A stretch of 64,000 bases of DNA, taken from positions 20,553-84,552 of the forward strand of contig MHBI01000065.1 in NCBI GenBank assembly GCA_001804815.1, in the 5' to 3' direction. Made by a program: the position numbers and the translations under genes. This stretch comes from Lentisphaerae bacterium GWF2_50_93. Lineage in GTDB: Bacteria; Verrucomicrobiota; Lentisphaeria; Victivallales; GWF2-50-93. How positions within the stretch are numbered: the stretch's first letter is position 1; each line of letters opens with the position of its first letter. Positions 30,574 through 39,380 of the stretch are shown here, piece after piece. Below the pieces are notes generated by a model. The model was given only the letters and a program-made list of their open reading frames with translations, searched no databases and was not told the DNA's origin.

Positions 30574-30601
30574 AAAAAAAAGCCCCGGAAAAGTCCAGGG
30601 C
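30574..30601 (-). terminator. Attenuator terminator of the FMN riboswitch
   Basis: Minus strand GCCCTGGACTTTTCCGGGGC followed by a run of Ts, about 25 nt downstream of the aptamer. Confidence 0.85.
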
Positions 30602-30624
30602 ATGAAAATACAGGCGCGATGTCG

Positions 30625-30762
30625 CTGTCTTCTCTCATCCAGACTGAACTGTCGGTCATGGAGTTTCACCATGTCAGTCCCGTTTGTCACGGGAGTCGCG
30701 GACTATACCGCCGGTCAGGAATCATCCTCCGCATGGAGGACTAACCTAGCCCCGAAGATCTG
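30625..30762 (-). ncRNA. FMN riboswitch (RFN element)
   Basis: Minus strand TCTTCGGGGC..ATTCCTGACCGGCGGTATAGTCCGCGA..GACATGGTGAAACTCCATGACCGACAGTTCAGTCTGGATGAGAGAAGA, upstream of ribBA. Confidence 0.95.
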
Positions 30763-30808
30763 AAAAATACGTTTTAAAGAACATATAAATTGCGATTTTC
30801 GCAATTTA

Positions 30809-31909
30809 TCATATGATGAACTTTTCCGTGGCCTGGTCAAAAATATGCGCTTTTGACATCAGGACTGAAAGCTCGATATCATCGCCTACGGAAGTCTTCC
30901 TGTGGGCGTCGACTCGTGAAATGAACGACTGTTCGCCGGTACTCAGGTAAAGGTAGGTTTCAGCGCCCATCGGCTCTATGACTTCGACCTTCGCCTTGAT
31001 CTTTGAAGCGCCCGGTTTGCTTTCTGCTTCCGGTGAACCGACATCTTCAGGTCTTACACCGAATACAATTTTCTTGTCAACGAAAGCTTCAACGGTGTCT
31101 TTCCATTCATCAGGGAGCTTTATCAGCATGGCGCCTTCCTTGAAATAGAGCTTGCCTTCCTGTTTCACCATCACACCCTTGAAGAAATTCATTGGAGGTG
31201 TTCCGATAAAACCGGCCACGAAAAGATTTGCCGGACGATCATAGACGTTGAGGGGTGTGTCGACCTGCTGGATGATTCCGTCCTTCATTACGACTATCCG
31301 GTCGGCCATTGTCATGGCTTCGATCTGATCATGCGTAACATATATCATCGTCGTTTCAAGCCTTGTGTGGAGCTTGCTGATTTCCGTGCGCATCTGCACG
31401 CGCATCTTGGCGTCGAGGTTGGAGAGCGGTTCGTCGAAGAGGAATGCTTCAGGCTTGCGGACGATCGCACGGCCTACTGCAACACGCTGTCTCTGTCCGC
31501 CGGAGAGGGCCTTCGGACGGCGGTGCAGGTATTCCTTGATTCCGAGAAGTTCCGCGGCCTCCTGGACTCGCTTGTCGATGTCGGCCTTCTTGAATTTGCG
31601 GAGCTTGAGACCGAACGCCATGTTTTCATAGACGGTCATGTGGGGATAGAGCGCATAGTTCTGGAAAACCATCGCGATATCGCGGTCCTTCGGAGGAACA
31701 TCATTCACGACTCTCGTTCCAATGCTTACAGTTCCAGAGGAGATTTCCTCGAGTCCGGCAACCATTCGGAGAGTTGTCGATTTGCCACAGCCTGAAGGGC
31801 CTACCAGAACAACGAATTCCCTGTTCTTGATATAGAGATTTACATTGTCTACTGCTTTGACATTGCCGGGATAAATCTTGCATACATCTTTGAGTGTTAC
31901 ATCTGCCAT
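30809..31909 (-). CDS. MalK/MsmX-type sugar ABC transporter ATP-binding protein (orphan)
   Basis: GPSGCGKS, VFQNYALYPH, LSGGQRQR, DEPLSNLDA, C-terminal TOBE domain. Confidence 0.95.
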   Translation of the reverse strand: MADVTLKDVCKIYPGNVKAVDNVNLYIKNREFVVLVGPSGCGKSTTLRMVAGLEEISSGTVSIGTRVVNDVPPKDRDIAMVFQNYALYPHMTVYENMAFGLKLRKFKKADIDKRVQEAAELLGIKEYLHRRPKALSGGQRQRVAVGRAIVRKPEAFLFDEPLSNLDAKMRVQMRTEISKLHTRLETTMIYVTHDQIEAMTMADRIVVMKDGIIQQVDTPLNVYDRPANLFVAGFIGTPPMNFFKGVMVKQEGKLYFKEGAMLIKLPDEWKDTVEAFVDKKIVFGVRPEDVGSPEAESKPGASKIKAKVEVIEPMGAETYLYLSTGEQSFISRVDAHRKTSVGDDIELSVLMSKAHIFDQATEKFII

Positions 31910-32033
31910 GGTTCAGGCCCCGTTTTATTTGTTAATGTTTAATTATGAACAACAATTCCGATAAATTATACCCATACATGCCAAAATATCAATGGGATAT
32001 GGAAAATTTGCCCGAAAATTATGGATACTCGGG

Positions 32034-32302
32034 AACCGCAGATGGACGCTGATAAACGCAGAACTTCAGTAGTTGTTGACAATCCTTTTTCTCTGTTAAT
32101 TTATTTATTTCTTCATGGGTCATGAAATTTTCTGCCTTTTCTTGAAGTAATTTCAAAACTCTGGACGCGTCAAGCGCGTCCCTCCATTTTTTTACGCCCG
32201 TTTCGGGCGTGGAGGGTCATGCTTGCCATGACCGATTCTTGAGTTTTGAAATTGCCTCTCTCGCATAAATCATACTGTGTTTATCAGCGTTCATCTGCGG
32301 TT
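32034..32302. mobile_element. MITE-like element with 28-bp terminal inverted repeats and internal GGAG-type REPs
   Basis: AACCGCAGATGGACGCTGATAAACGCAG (32034-32061) versus the reverse complement of 32275-32302 (2 mismatches); internal palindromes at 32163-32233. Confidence 0.7.
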
Positions 32303-34066
32303 AATTGTTCCCTCCGCTCCGCCTCTGACCGAATTTCCAATAAGTATCGTCTCAGCCTTCTTCATGTCATCTACGGTAATTCTTGTCTCAGTCGCATGAA
32401 GTCTTCTGATTGTTTTTGCACGCCAGATCCCGGGCAACAGTCCGCAGGAGAGGGGGGGCGTGAGCCATCTGCCGCCTTTTAGAATGAAGATGCTGCTTAT
32501 CGCCCCTTCGGCGATCTCTCCCTTTTCATTCTGGAAGATGACTTCGTCAAAACCTTCGGCATGGGCCTCCTTGAATTCATCATCGTAGAACTTCCTGTTC
32601 GTTGTCTTGTGATAAAGGAAGACATCTTTGGCGTCAGTCTTGGTCTTTGAAAGCTTCAACCTGAGCAGTTCCTTGCCCCATCCAGTCTTTCCCAGGGATA
32701 CATGCTCGGTTTCAGCCTTCCCATCTTCAGATATCAGGAGCCTGACTCTCGCATTATTTAATCTACTCTTTGATAAATATGACATGAGTCTGCTCATGGC
32801 TTTTTTTGTTTTCCCCTCATCCCATTTCCTGCCGAAGTAAGACTGCGAATTCCACGCACGTTCCAAGTGTTCCTTCAGATAAATAAAGCCTTTCCCCCTT
32901 TTCCAGAGAATGGTTTCGAGGATCTTGAAATCCGGTTTTGCAAAATTCGCAAAACCGCTCTTAACCAGGCATTCGGTCCATTCCTTCCCAGGTTCTGAAT
33001 CTGCAACGATCCCGCTGCCGATTCCCAGCTCGGTACGACTTCCTGAACATATTAGAGTCCTTATGGCGACATTCAGACAGAAATCGCCGTCTGGCATGAA
33101 ACAGCCGATCGAGCCGGTGTATACTTTCCTCGGAGTCGTTTCAAGCTCGGATATTATCTCCATCGCACGGATTTTCGGCGCGCCGGTTATTGATGCCGGT
33201 GGAAATGTAGCCGCGAGGATTTTAGATATGGATATGCCTGCCGACAGGCGTCCGCAGACACCGCTGACCATCTGGTGGACTGTCGGATATGTGTCGACAT
33301 GGAACAGGGGGGCGGACTTGATTGAGCCGGTTTCACAGATCCGTCCGAGATCATTCCTGACCATGTCGACGATCATTATGTTCTCAGCCCGGTTTTTGAC
33401 ATCATTCGAAAGGTCTTTTGCTGTTTGTCTGTCCTCTTCATAGGTGAGTGCGCGGCTGGCTGTCCCCTTCATTGGAAGACTCCGTATTTTTCCGGAAACC
33501 GACTCCAGGAAAAGCTCGGGCGAATTTGAGATGATCCTGAGTTTGCCAGTGTTGATGAATGCAGCATAGGGCACAGGATGCGAATGGAAAAGATTCATGA
33601 ATAGAAGTTCAGGATCATCGACACCTTTTCCAGAAACCCTGAAAGTATAATTCACCTGATATGTGTCGCCGTCATAGATGTATTTCCTGATCTTCCTTAC
33701 GTTTTTTAAATAAATATTTTTCCTCGTTTCCGGTGACAGCGCAATAGATGGCTGACGGGAGGTTAAATCATTTGGAGATTGGAATGGGGAAAAATATCTG
33801 TAGGCTGAAAACCAGAGAAGGGGAAGCTTCCCAGGTTCCCTGGTCTTGTTGGCGGGATCAAAGGCCTGGGCTGCTTCATACGAAATGAATCCGGCAACGA
33901 ATAATCCTTTTCTCAGTGAGGCTTCAACCTGTTTAAGAGCAGGAACAACCTCTGAAGTTTTACAAGCGGAAAACGTCTCCACGGGATCCTTGAACAAACC
34001 CCATTCAATTTTACTTCCAGGCAAACGGCATACCACCGTCCCCGCCATCTTTAAAACATCATCCAT
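32291..34066 (-). CDS. pabB: Fused aminodeoxychorismate synthase component I / ADC lyase (PabB-PabC)
   Basis: YQVNYT, SPELF, PMKGT, ENIMIVDMVRND, SITGAPK; C-terminal class IV aminotransferase domain HKTT.R, EG.ISSIF, GLLPGI.R. Confidence 0.92.
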   Translation of the reverse strand: MDDVLKMAGTVVCRLPGSKIEWGLFKDPVETFSACKTSEVVPALKQVEASLRKGLFVAGFISYEAAQAFDPANKTREPGKLPLLWFSAYRYFSPFQSPNDLTSRQPSIALSPETRKNIYLKNVRKIRKYIYDGDTYQVNYTFRVSGKGVDDPELLFMNLFHSHPVPYAAFINTGKLRIISNSPELFLESVSGKIRSLPMKGTASRALTYEEDRQTAKDLSNDVKNRAENIMIVDMVRNDLGRICETGSIKSAPLFHVDTYPTVHQMVSGVCGRLSAGISISKILAATFPPASITGAPKIRAMEIISELETTPRKVYTGSIGCFMPDGDFCLNVAIRTLICSGSRTELGIGSGIVADSEPGKEWTECLVKSGFANFAKPDFKILETILWKRGKGFIYLKEHLERAWNSQSYFGRKWDEGKTKKAMSRLMSYLSKSRLNNARVRLLISEDGKAETEHVSLGKTGWGKELLRLKLSKTKTDAKDVFLYHKTTNRKFYDDEFKEAHAEGFDEVIFQNEKGEIAEGAISSIFILKGGRWLTPPLSCGLLPGIWRAKTIRRLHATETRITVDDMKKAETILIGNSVRGGAEGTINRR

Positions 34067-34133
34067 TTTTTAATTCGGTGCCATTCTAGTTAAATCATTG
34101 TATGTAAAGAATATATGAATAAAGTATTGCATT

Positions 34134-34820
34134 TTAAACTTTTCTTGGTCTACCACGCGGACGCGCTGATAATCTACCCGATTCAATCATTATATTTGCT
34201 GCAAATTCCTTGTCACCGATAATTGAAGCTCCAGATGAGAACAGCTCAGCATCTTCGGCAGGAGTCTTTGTTATAAAATTCCCGTAGAATATCCGTCTCT
34301 CATTGTCGCTCCCGCCAAGCTCAAGCCAATATGGATGCCTGTGGGCATCAACAATCGGATCTTCCCTGCCTTCCACATACGTAGCAGCGCTTGACCACCT
34401 GTAGTCAGTTGGTACTTTTATCCCTTCTATTCCAGCAGCAATCGGATTGCGTTCAATATACCTGCCAAGTCTCAGGAGGCATCCTTCCTTTTGAACGACA
34501 ACACTCTTGAATCTTCCTTGCCAGATCGTTCCGCGGCCAGTACCATGCTTCTTATGCCAGTAACGACTGTAAAGGGAGGATACCTTGCTTAAATAGCATG
34601 ATAGCTCTCTCACGTTCAACGCTTCAACGGCCAGGTGAAAATGGTTTGACATGATCGCCCAGTGGTAGATGCTTATCCTAGTGTTGATTTTCTGGCTGAC
34701 AAGCAATTCCAGGAATTTGTCGCGGTCTTCTTCAGATTCAAGAACCCAGCTGTTGTTGATCCCGCGGTTGATTACATGATAGACGCCACGCCCAAGCCGA
34801 CATCGGGGAACTCTGCCCAT
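34134..34820 (-). CDS. REP-associated tyrosine transposase-like (Y1 HUH) protein
   Basis: YHVINRG, MSNHFHL (HUH), WQGRFKS, YIERNP, YRWSS, C-terminal RPRGRPRK; GGAGGT RBS before the ATG at 34820. Confidence 0.92.
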   Translation of the reverse strand: MGRVPRCRLGRGVYHVINRGINNSWVLESEEDRDKFLELLVSQKINTRISIYHWAIMSNHFHLAVEALNVRELSCYLSKVSSLYSRYWHKKHGTGRGTIWQGRFKSVVVQKEGCLLRLGRYIERNPIAAGIEGIKVPTDYRWSSAATYVEGREDPIVDAHRHPYWLELGGSDNERRIFYGNFITKTPAEDAELFSSGASIIGDKEFAANIMIESGRLSARPRGRPRKV

Positions 34821-34850
34821 TTCAACCTCCATGATAGTAGGGAAAATGCA

Positions 34851-34972
34851 TTACTTTATTTGCAACATTCTTAATATCAAGCATTAAATTAGAATGGCAC
34901 CGATTATTTATTACTTTATTTGCAACATTCTTAATATCAAGCATTAAATTAGAATGGCACCGATTATTTATT
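34851..34972 (+). repeat. Exact 60-bp tandem duplication of the right element end
   Basis: 34851-34910 is identical to 34911-34970 (TTACTTTATTTGCAACATTC...GGCACCGATTATTTA). Confidence 0.95.
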
Positions 34973-35186
34973 GAAGATTCATTGATGCCCTCCTGCCAAG
35001 CTTGTCGTAGGAGTAATTTACACGTGCATTAGGAATATACGAGACGCTTGATAATGCAAGAGTTGGGCAGGGCCGGATTAAAAGACAGAATGGTGTTTGC
35101 ACCGCTGCCGTATGGGGTTTTCTTGAAATCCATTCAGCTTCCGCCTATATTGCCATCCGATAAAAATCAGGAAGGGGAGTTGAAAT

Positions 35187-36875
35187 ATGAAATTAATGAA
35201 ACTTGTCGTGATGCAGGCGGTGGCATTTCTTGCCTCCGCATCGTTCCTTGGAGCTGCGGATCTCTACGTGAAGGCCGGTTCCAGCGGAAACGGCACAAAG
35301 GATTCTCCGTTCGGAGATCTCTGGCAGGCGGTTGACAGCGCAAAACGGGGTGACATAATCCACGTTGCGGCGGGAACCTACAACGGAAAGGGCGGCAGCG
35401 GGAATTTCACGATAAAGACTCCGAATCTTACTATTGTCGGCGGATACGACCAAAATTTCTCGGCGCGTGATCCTTTCAAGAATCTGACAATACTTGAGAG
35501 GGCAAAGGATTACAAGGGTGACTTCACCGGACTCGGAGACGGGATCATCGAAGGCAAGCAGGGAGCCGACCATGGTGGACTCGTCGTAGACGGATTGGTC
35601 CTGAATTCCGCATCCAGGAATTCATATTACGACGATGGCAAGATCAACGCCAAGGATTCCTGGAACGGCGCCTTGTTCAAGACAAACGGAAAGAATATCA
35701 AGATCAGGAACTGCATCCTCATAAATCCCTATGGTGAAGGCATAGCATGTACATGGCAGGGGACTGATAACGAAGTAAGCAACAATTTCATCCTTAATAC
35801 ATTCTATTGTGCAATTTCCATGCGGTCGGCCCAGCCTGAAAGCGTCATTAAGGTTACGAACAACACAATAGCGTTCTGCTGGTTCCAGCCGAGCAAGGGC
35901 GGAGGAATGTGCCTGTTTGTCGGCAGCAAGGGCAAGACCATAATGGAAAACAATATTTTTGCATTTGCCCAGACTGAAGACGGGGAGGCGGGATTTGCCG
36001 TCAGCAACACTTTTGGAAACGAGGACACTGTGATGAAGAACAATGTATTCTTCCTGTGCCAGGGCGGGTATTACAAGTTCATGGATGCCGACAAGAAGAA
36101 CCTACTTCTTTGGAAGCCTGAAGAGTTAAAGCAGCTGAACGCCAAGTGTGATGATTTCATGCTTGAGAAGGCTGAAGGCAATGCCGAGGTGGATCCGAAG
36201 ATGATGCCCGACAAGGACTACTATGAGAAATTCTCGAATTTCGTGGCTTCAAAACCCGGAAAGCTGAACATGGATTTCATGAATGAATGGCGCAGGAGCG
36301 TAGGGCTGCCTCTTCAGGCGGAACCAGGTTCGCCGAGGAAAAACTGGGGGATGGAATATCCTTTGAAGAAAGTCGTTCCGGACCTGGTGTCGAAGCTTCC
36401 CGGAAAAGGTGTGCAGATAGCCGGACCGTTCCAGGAATACAAGGGTGCGGCGGCGGAAGCTGGCAAGCCCGGGGAGCCTGCGGCCAAGGCCAATGCGAAC
36501 GTGGAATACAAGGCTGTTGAGTTTGATACGTTCAAGAAAGGCGCTCCGGAATCGAAGGCCTATGCCTCTGCACCGGTCTCATTCAAGGCTGGAATTGGCG
36601 AGAAGAAGACCAATTTCCTGCTCAAGGATGCGCCGAATTCCGATTATACCTGCGTTGAGCTTACCAAGCCCGGCGAATCATATCCTACGAGAAATTACGT
36701 GTATGGATATATCCTCAAGGGTACCGATGCCGACAAGGAATGGGAGAAGCTCAGCAAGAAAAAGAGCAATATAAACAAGGAAGGCGGCATTTCCGTAAAA
36801 GGAAAAGCTTCTTATATTGGCAACGAGAGCTATTCATATACTACTGCAATAATCATTGACGAAATAGTTAAATAA
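35187..36875 (+). CDS. Secreted right-handed parallel beta-helix protein (DUF1565/pectin-lyase-like)
   Basis: Signal peptide; LYVKAG..GNGTKDSPF..L.QAV..A..GDIIHVAAGTY; repeated NN.I/F turns. Confidence 0.8.
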   Translation: MKLMKLVVMQAVAFLASASFLGAADLYVKAGSSGNGTKDSPFGDLWQAVDSAKRGDIIHVAAGTYNGKGGSGNFTIKTPNLTIVGGYDQNFSARDPFKNLTILERAKDYKGDFTGLGDGIIEGKQGADHGGLVVDGLVLNSASRNSYYDDGKINAKDSWNGALFKTNGKNIKIRNCILINPYGEGIACTWQGTDNEVSNNFILNTFYCAISMRSAQPESVIKVTNNTIAFCWFQPSKGGGMCLFVGSKGKTIMENNIFAFAQTEDGEAGFAVSNTFGNEDTVMKNNVFFLCQGGYYKFMDADKKNLLLWKPEELKQLNAKCDDFMLEKAEGNAEVDPKMMPDKDYYEKFSNFVASKPGKLNMDFMNEWRRSVGLPLQAEPGSPRKNWGMEYPLKKVVPDLVSKLPGKGVQIAGPFQEYKGAAAEAGKPGEPAAKANANVEYKAVEFDTFKKGAPESKAYASAPVSFKAGIGEKKTNFLLKDAPNSDYTCVELTKPGESYPTRNYVYGYILKGTDADKEWEKLSKKKSNINKEGGISVKGKASYIGNESYSYTTAIIIDEIVK

Positions 36876-36876
36876 T

Positions 36877-37018
36877 TGAGCCAGCTGTAGTTTGCGAGAT
36901 TAAGGTTGGGATGGCCCGAGTTTATCCCGATCCTGAAAGGCATCGGGAAGCCGTCCGGTTTAAGACGGCGCTTTCGGAGAAAACGCCCTACCTTCGCGAA
37001 TTCCGCAATTGGCTCAAA
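36877..37018. repeat. Composite structured intergenic element
   Basis: TTGAGCCA...TGGCTCAA outer imperfect inverted repeat enclosing a CCCGAT..ATCGGG hairpin and an inverted GTAG-REP (GGCGCTTTCGGAGAAAACGCCCTAC). Confidence 0.55.
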
Positions 37019-37037
37019 AACAAAAGGGAGAGAAGAA

Positions 37038-37508
37038 ATGAAGTTGAAAATGCTGATGACCGCCGTGACGATGCTCGCTGTTACCGGAGTCTATGCCCAG
37101 TTTGGAATCGGGGATCTCATCAAGAAGGATGCAAAACCCGAGGCGAAGAAGGAAGATGCGAAGGTCGCAGGAGCCAGCACGGCTCTTCCTTTTGGTGTGA
37201 AGATTGGCGGACAACAGGCCGCAGCAAAAGGCGATGCGAGTTTCGCAACTGTTGAACAGGCAGTCGCCGACAATGCCGAACTTGAAGTGGCTGTCGACAA
37301 GCCGGAAATGGTCATCATCAATGTTTTTCCATCGGATGAGAAAGGCAATGCCAAGGAAGGCGCCGCCGCCATCATCATAATGTTCCAGAAGACCAACAAG
37401 GGAACGATTGACCAGACGATCGACAAGAAGAAGATCCCTGCCGGAACATACCTGATGAACATCGTTGCCGGAGACAAGACATCCAGGCTCGTTTTCAAGA
37501 TAAAATAG
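37038..37508 (+). CDS. Small secreted hypothetical protein
   Basis: GGGAG RBS, signal peptide (VYA-Q), beta-rich C-terminus PAGTYLMNIV. Confidence 0.8.
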   Translation: MKLKMLMTAVTMLAVTGVYAQFGIGDLIKKDAKPEAKKEDAKVAGASTALPFGVKIGGQQAAAKGDASFATVEQAVADNAELEVAVDKPEMVIINVFPSDEKGNAKEGAAAIIIMFQKTNKGTIDQTIDKKKIPAGTYLMNIVAGDKTSRLVFKIK

Positions 37509-37521
37509 GTTTCGATATATG

Positions 37522-37557
37522 AAAAAGGCAGTCCAGTTTTTCTGGACTGCCTTTTTT
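37522..37557. terminator. Rho-independent terminator (bidirectional form)
   Basis: AAAAAGGCAGTCCAG-TTTTT-CTGGACTGCCTTTTTT. Confidence 0.9.
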
Positions 37558-37660
37558 AATCAGCCTGTAAGAAACCTTTCCTATGCTGAAGCGTGAATTT
37601 GAAAAGGTCATCGACACCGGTTAAATTACGCTAAAGGGAATGTGAAACCCGGAGGTCATC

Positions 37661-39226
37661 ATGGCTGAAGACGGGAAAAATGAACAAATCCAGGCTGATG
37701 GGCAGAATGCATCTGTAGCCGATATAGTGCTTTTTGTAAAGAACCTCTGCCTCACGTATTCCCAGCTCGCCTATTACCCGCCGACCCATCCCGTTACAAT
37801 AAAACAGATGCAGGAGGCGTGGAAGGAACTCCAGCCGGTCTTTGAAAAGTTCGGTGATGTCAACATCTCCCTTACTGAAGGCAAGCTGCTTTTCTTTGGC
37901 ATGCCAGTTGAAGAGAGAAATCCCGCAGTTTCAAAGTTCTCAAAGCATTTCGAGCAGCTACACATCCACAGCATAAAGTTCAAGAAAGGACTGACCAACG
38001 AGGAGTTCGTCACCTTCTTCACGTTCTTCTGCAAGGATCCCCAGGCTATTGCCGATGCCGGCGGCGTGGACGCGATCATAAGGGAGAAGAATCTGAATCA
38101 CATCACTTTCAATACCGCCGTATACAGGGTGATCAACGAGGACGAGAAAGTAGTGAACAAGTCCGCGGTATTCTCCAGCACGGCAAGCACGGAGATGGAT
38201 TCGAAGACCGAGATGCTCAGATACTTCCTCAACAAGATGATGGAGAAGTCCGAGGACCAGAAGGAGCTCATGGACGAGATCAAGAACGATCCCGAGAAGA
38301 TGGCGGGTCAGATCGTCAAGCTCATTGAGCATCTTGGAACAGATGGTCAGTACGACAAGGATTCGATGGTTGAAGCTTTGCTGCACAACATCCAGATGGT
38401 GTCGGATACCATGTCGAAGAAGGATTCTTCCGCCACGGAGGAGCATGAGACGATAGGTGGCGCGATGATGTCCCTTGAGAACGAGCTGAAACGGAAATCG
38501 AAGAACCTTTCATCCGGAGCTTCCGTGCGTTTCATAAAGAAGATTACGGATGTCATCTCGTCATACACGGACAAGGCGAAGGCCGACAAGGTCATCGGGG
38601 AATATCTGAGCCACGAGAAATCCCTCAAGGCGGCCGAACAGATGATGAAGGAGGTCTCCATAGGTTCAAGCGCGGACCAGCGCATCCTCGCCAGGCTCAA
38701 GGAGCTTGTCAAGGAGAAAGGCATGCAGGAGGACGAGCTCATAGCCCATCTCGAACAGAACATTGCCGCAAAGAAACCGAAGAGGCAGATAAGCAGGACC
38801 TTCCATCCGCTCGCGGAACGCATCGAGCATGAGCTTGACTCGGACTTCAAGGAAATGAAGGCCGACGACAAGAAAAAACTCCTGGATTACCTGAACAACG
38901 TGTATGTAAGGGAGACGAAGAAGCTTGAGGACAAGGCCGACGATCTCCAGCATGAGCTCGAAGACATACAGGAGGATGTCGAGGATGCTTTCGATGACAC
39001 CAATATCGGATTCATACTTGTCGACAGGAAACAGAATGTCTGTTCTCTCGAGCATGGCGACAAGCTGCCGTTCAGGCTTAAGCTCAATGAGCCTCTGCCT
39101 GCGGAGCTTCTGGGCCTTATTGAGAAGAACAGGGATTCGGAATCGTTCCAGATAGGCGACACCACTGTGATGCATGTCGGCAGGACTTCCGAGAACCACC
39201 TCAAGTCAATCCTGTTCCAGTTTTAA
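37661..39226 (+). CDS. Hypothetical helical protein with YPxxHP N-terminal domain and a degenerate C-terminal PAS-like segment
   Basis: LAYYPPTHP, IHSIKFKKGLT.EE; long coiled-coil; C-terminal 'GFILVD'; GGAGG RBS. Confidence 0.7.
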   Translation: MAEDGKNEQIQADGQNASVADIVLFVKNLCLTYSQLAYYPPTHPVTIKQMQEAWKELQPVFEKFGDVNISLTEGKLLFFGMPVEERNPAVSKFSKHFEQLHIHSIKFKKGLTNEEFVTFFTFFCKDPQAIADAGGVDAIIREKNLNHITFNTAVYRVINEDEKVVNKSAVFSSTASTEMDSKTEMLRYFLNKMMEKSEDQKELMDEIKNDPEKMAGQIVKLIEHLGTDGQYDKDSMVEALLHNIQMVSDTMSKKDSSATEEHETIGGAMMSLENELKRKSKNLSSGASVRFIKKITDVISSYTDKAKADKVIGEYLSHEKSLKAAEQMMKEVSIGSSADQRILARLKELVKEKGMQEDELIAHLEQNIAAKKPKRQISRTFHPLAERIEHELDSDFKEMKADDKKKLLDYLNNVYVRETKKLEDKADDLQHELEDIQEDVEDAFDDTNIGFILVDRKQNVCSLEHGDKLPFRLKLNEPLPAELLGLIEKNRDSESFQIGDTTVMHVGRTSENHLKSILFQF

Positions 39227-39227
39227 A

Positions 39228-39282
39228 GTAGGGACGGGCTTTAGCCCTGTCCCAGAAGAACGCGCAAACATGCGCTACTACG
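39228..39282. repeat. REP family A plus an inverted family-C REP
   Basis: GTAGGGACGGGCTTTAGCCCTGTCCC followed by GAACGCGCAAACATGCGCTACTAC. Confidence 0.7.
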
Positions 39283-39380
39283 AGCATAATCACTTTGTCT
39301 GAATCCAATTCTATGTCAGACAAGTTCGATTGGCGGTTTCCCAAAGTCATTCGTCATTGCAGGCAAACCGCCATACTGTC

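Larger units (their letters stand above)
34071..34972 (-). mobile_element. RAYT/Y1 element bounded by ~65-bp imperfect terminal inverted repeats
   Basis: Left arm 34071-34135 is an imperfect reverse complement of right arm 34843-34906, with a perfect TAGAATGGCACCGA core; AT-rich relative to flanks. Confidence 0.75.

Noticed and set aside
34851-34972. CRISPR array
   Set aside because: Two contiguous 60-bp copies with no spacers and no cas genes; this is a tandem duplication.
36906-37037. N-terminal ORF extensions (also 42945, 45851, 48678, 54438, 59925, 42760)
   Set aside because: They run through repeats or promoter DNA; downstream ATGs have better RBS or signal-peptide context.
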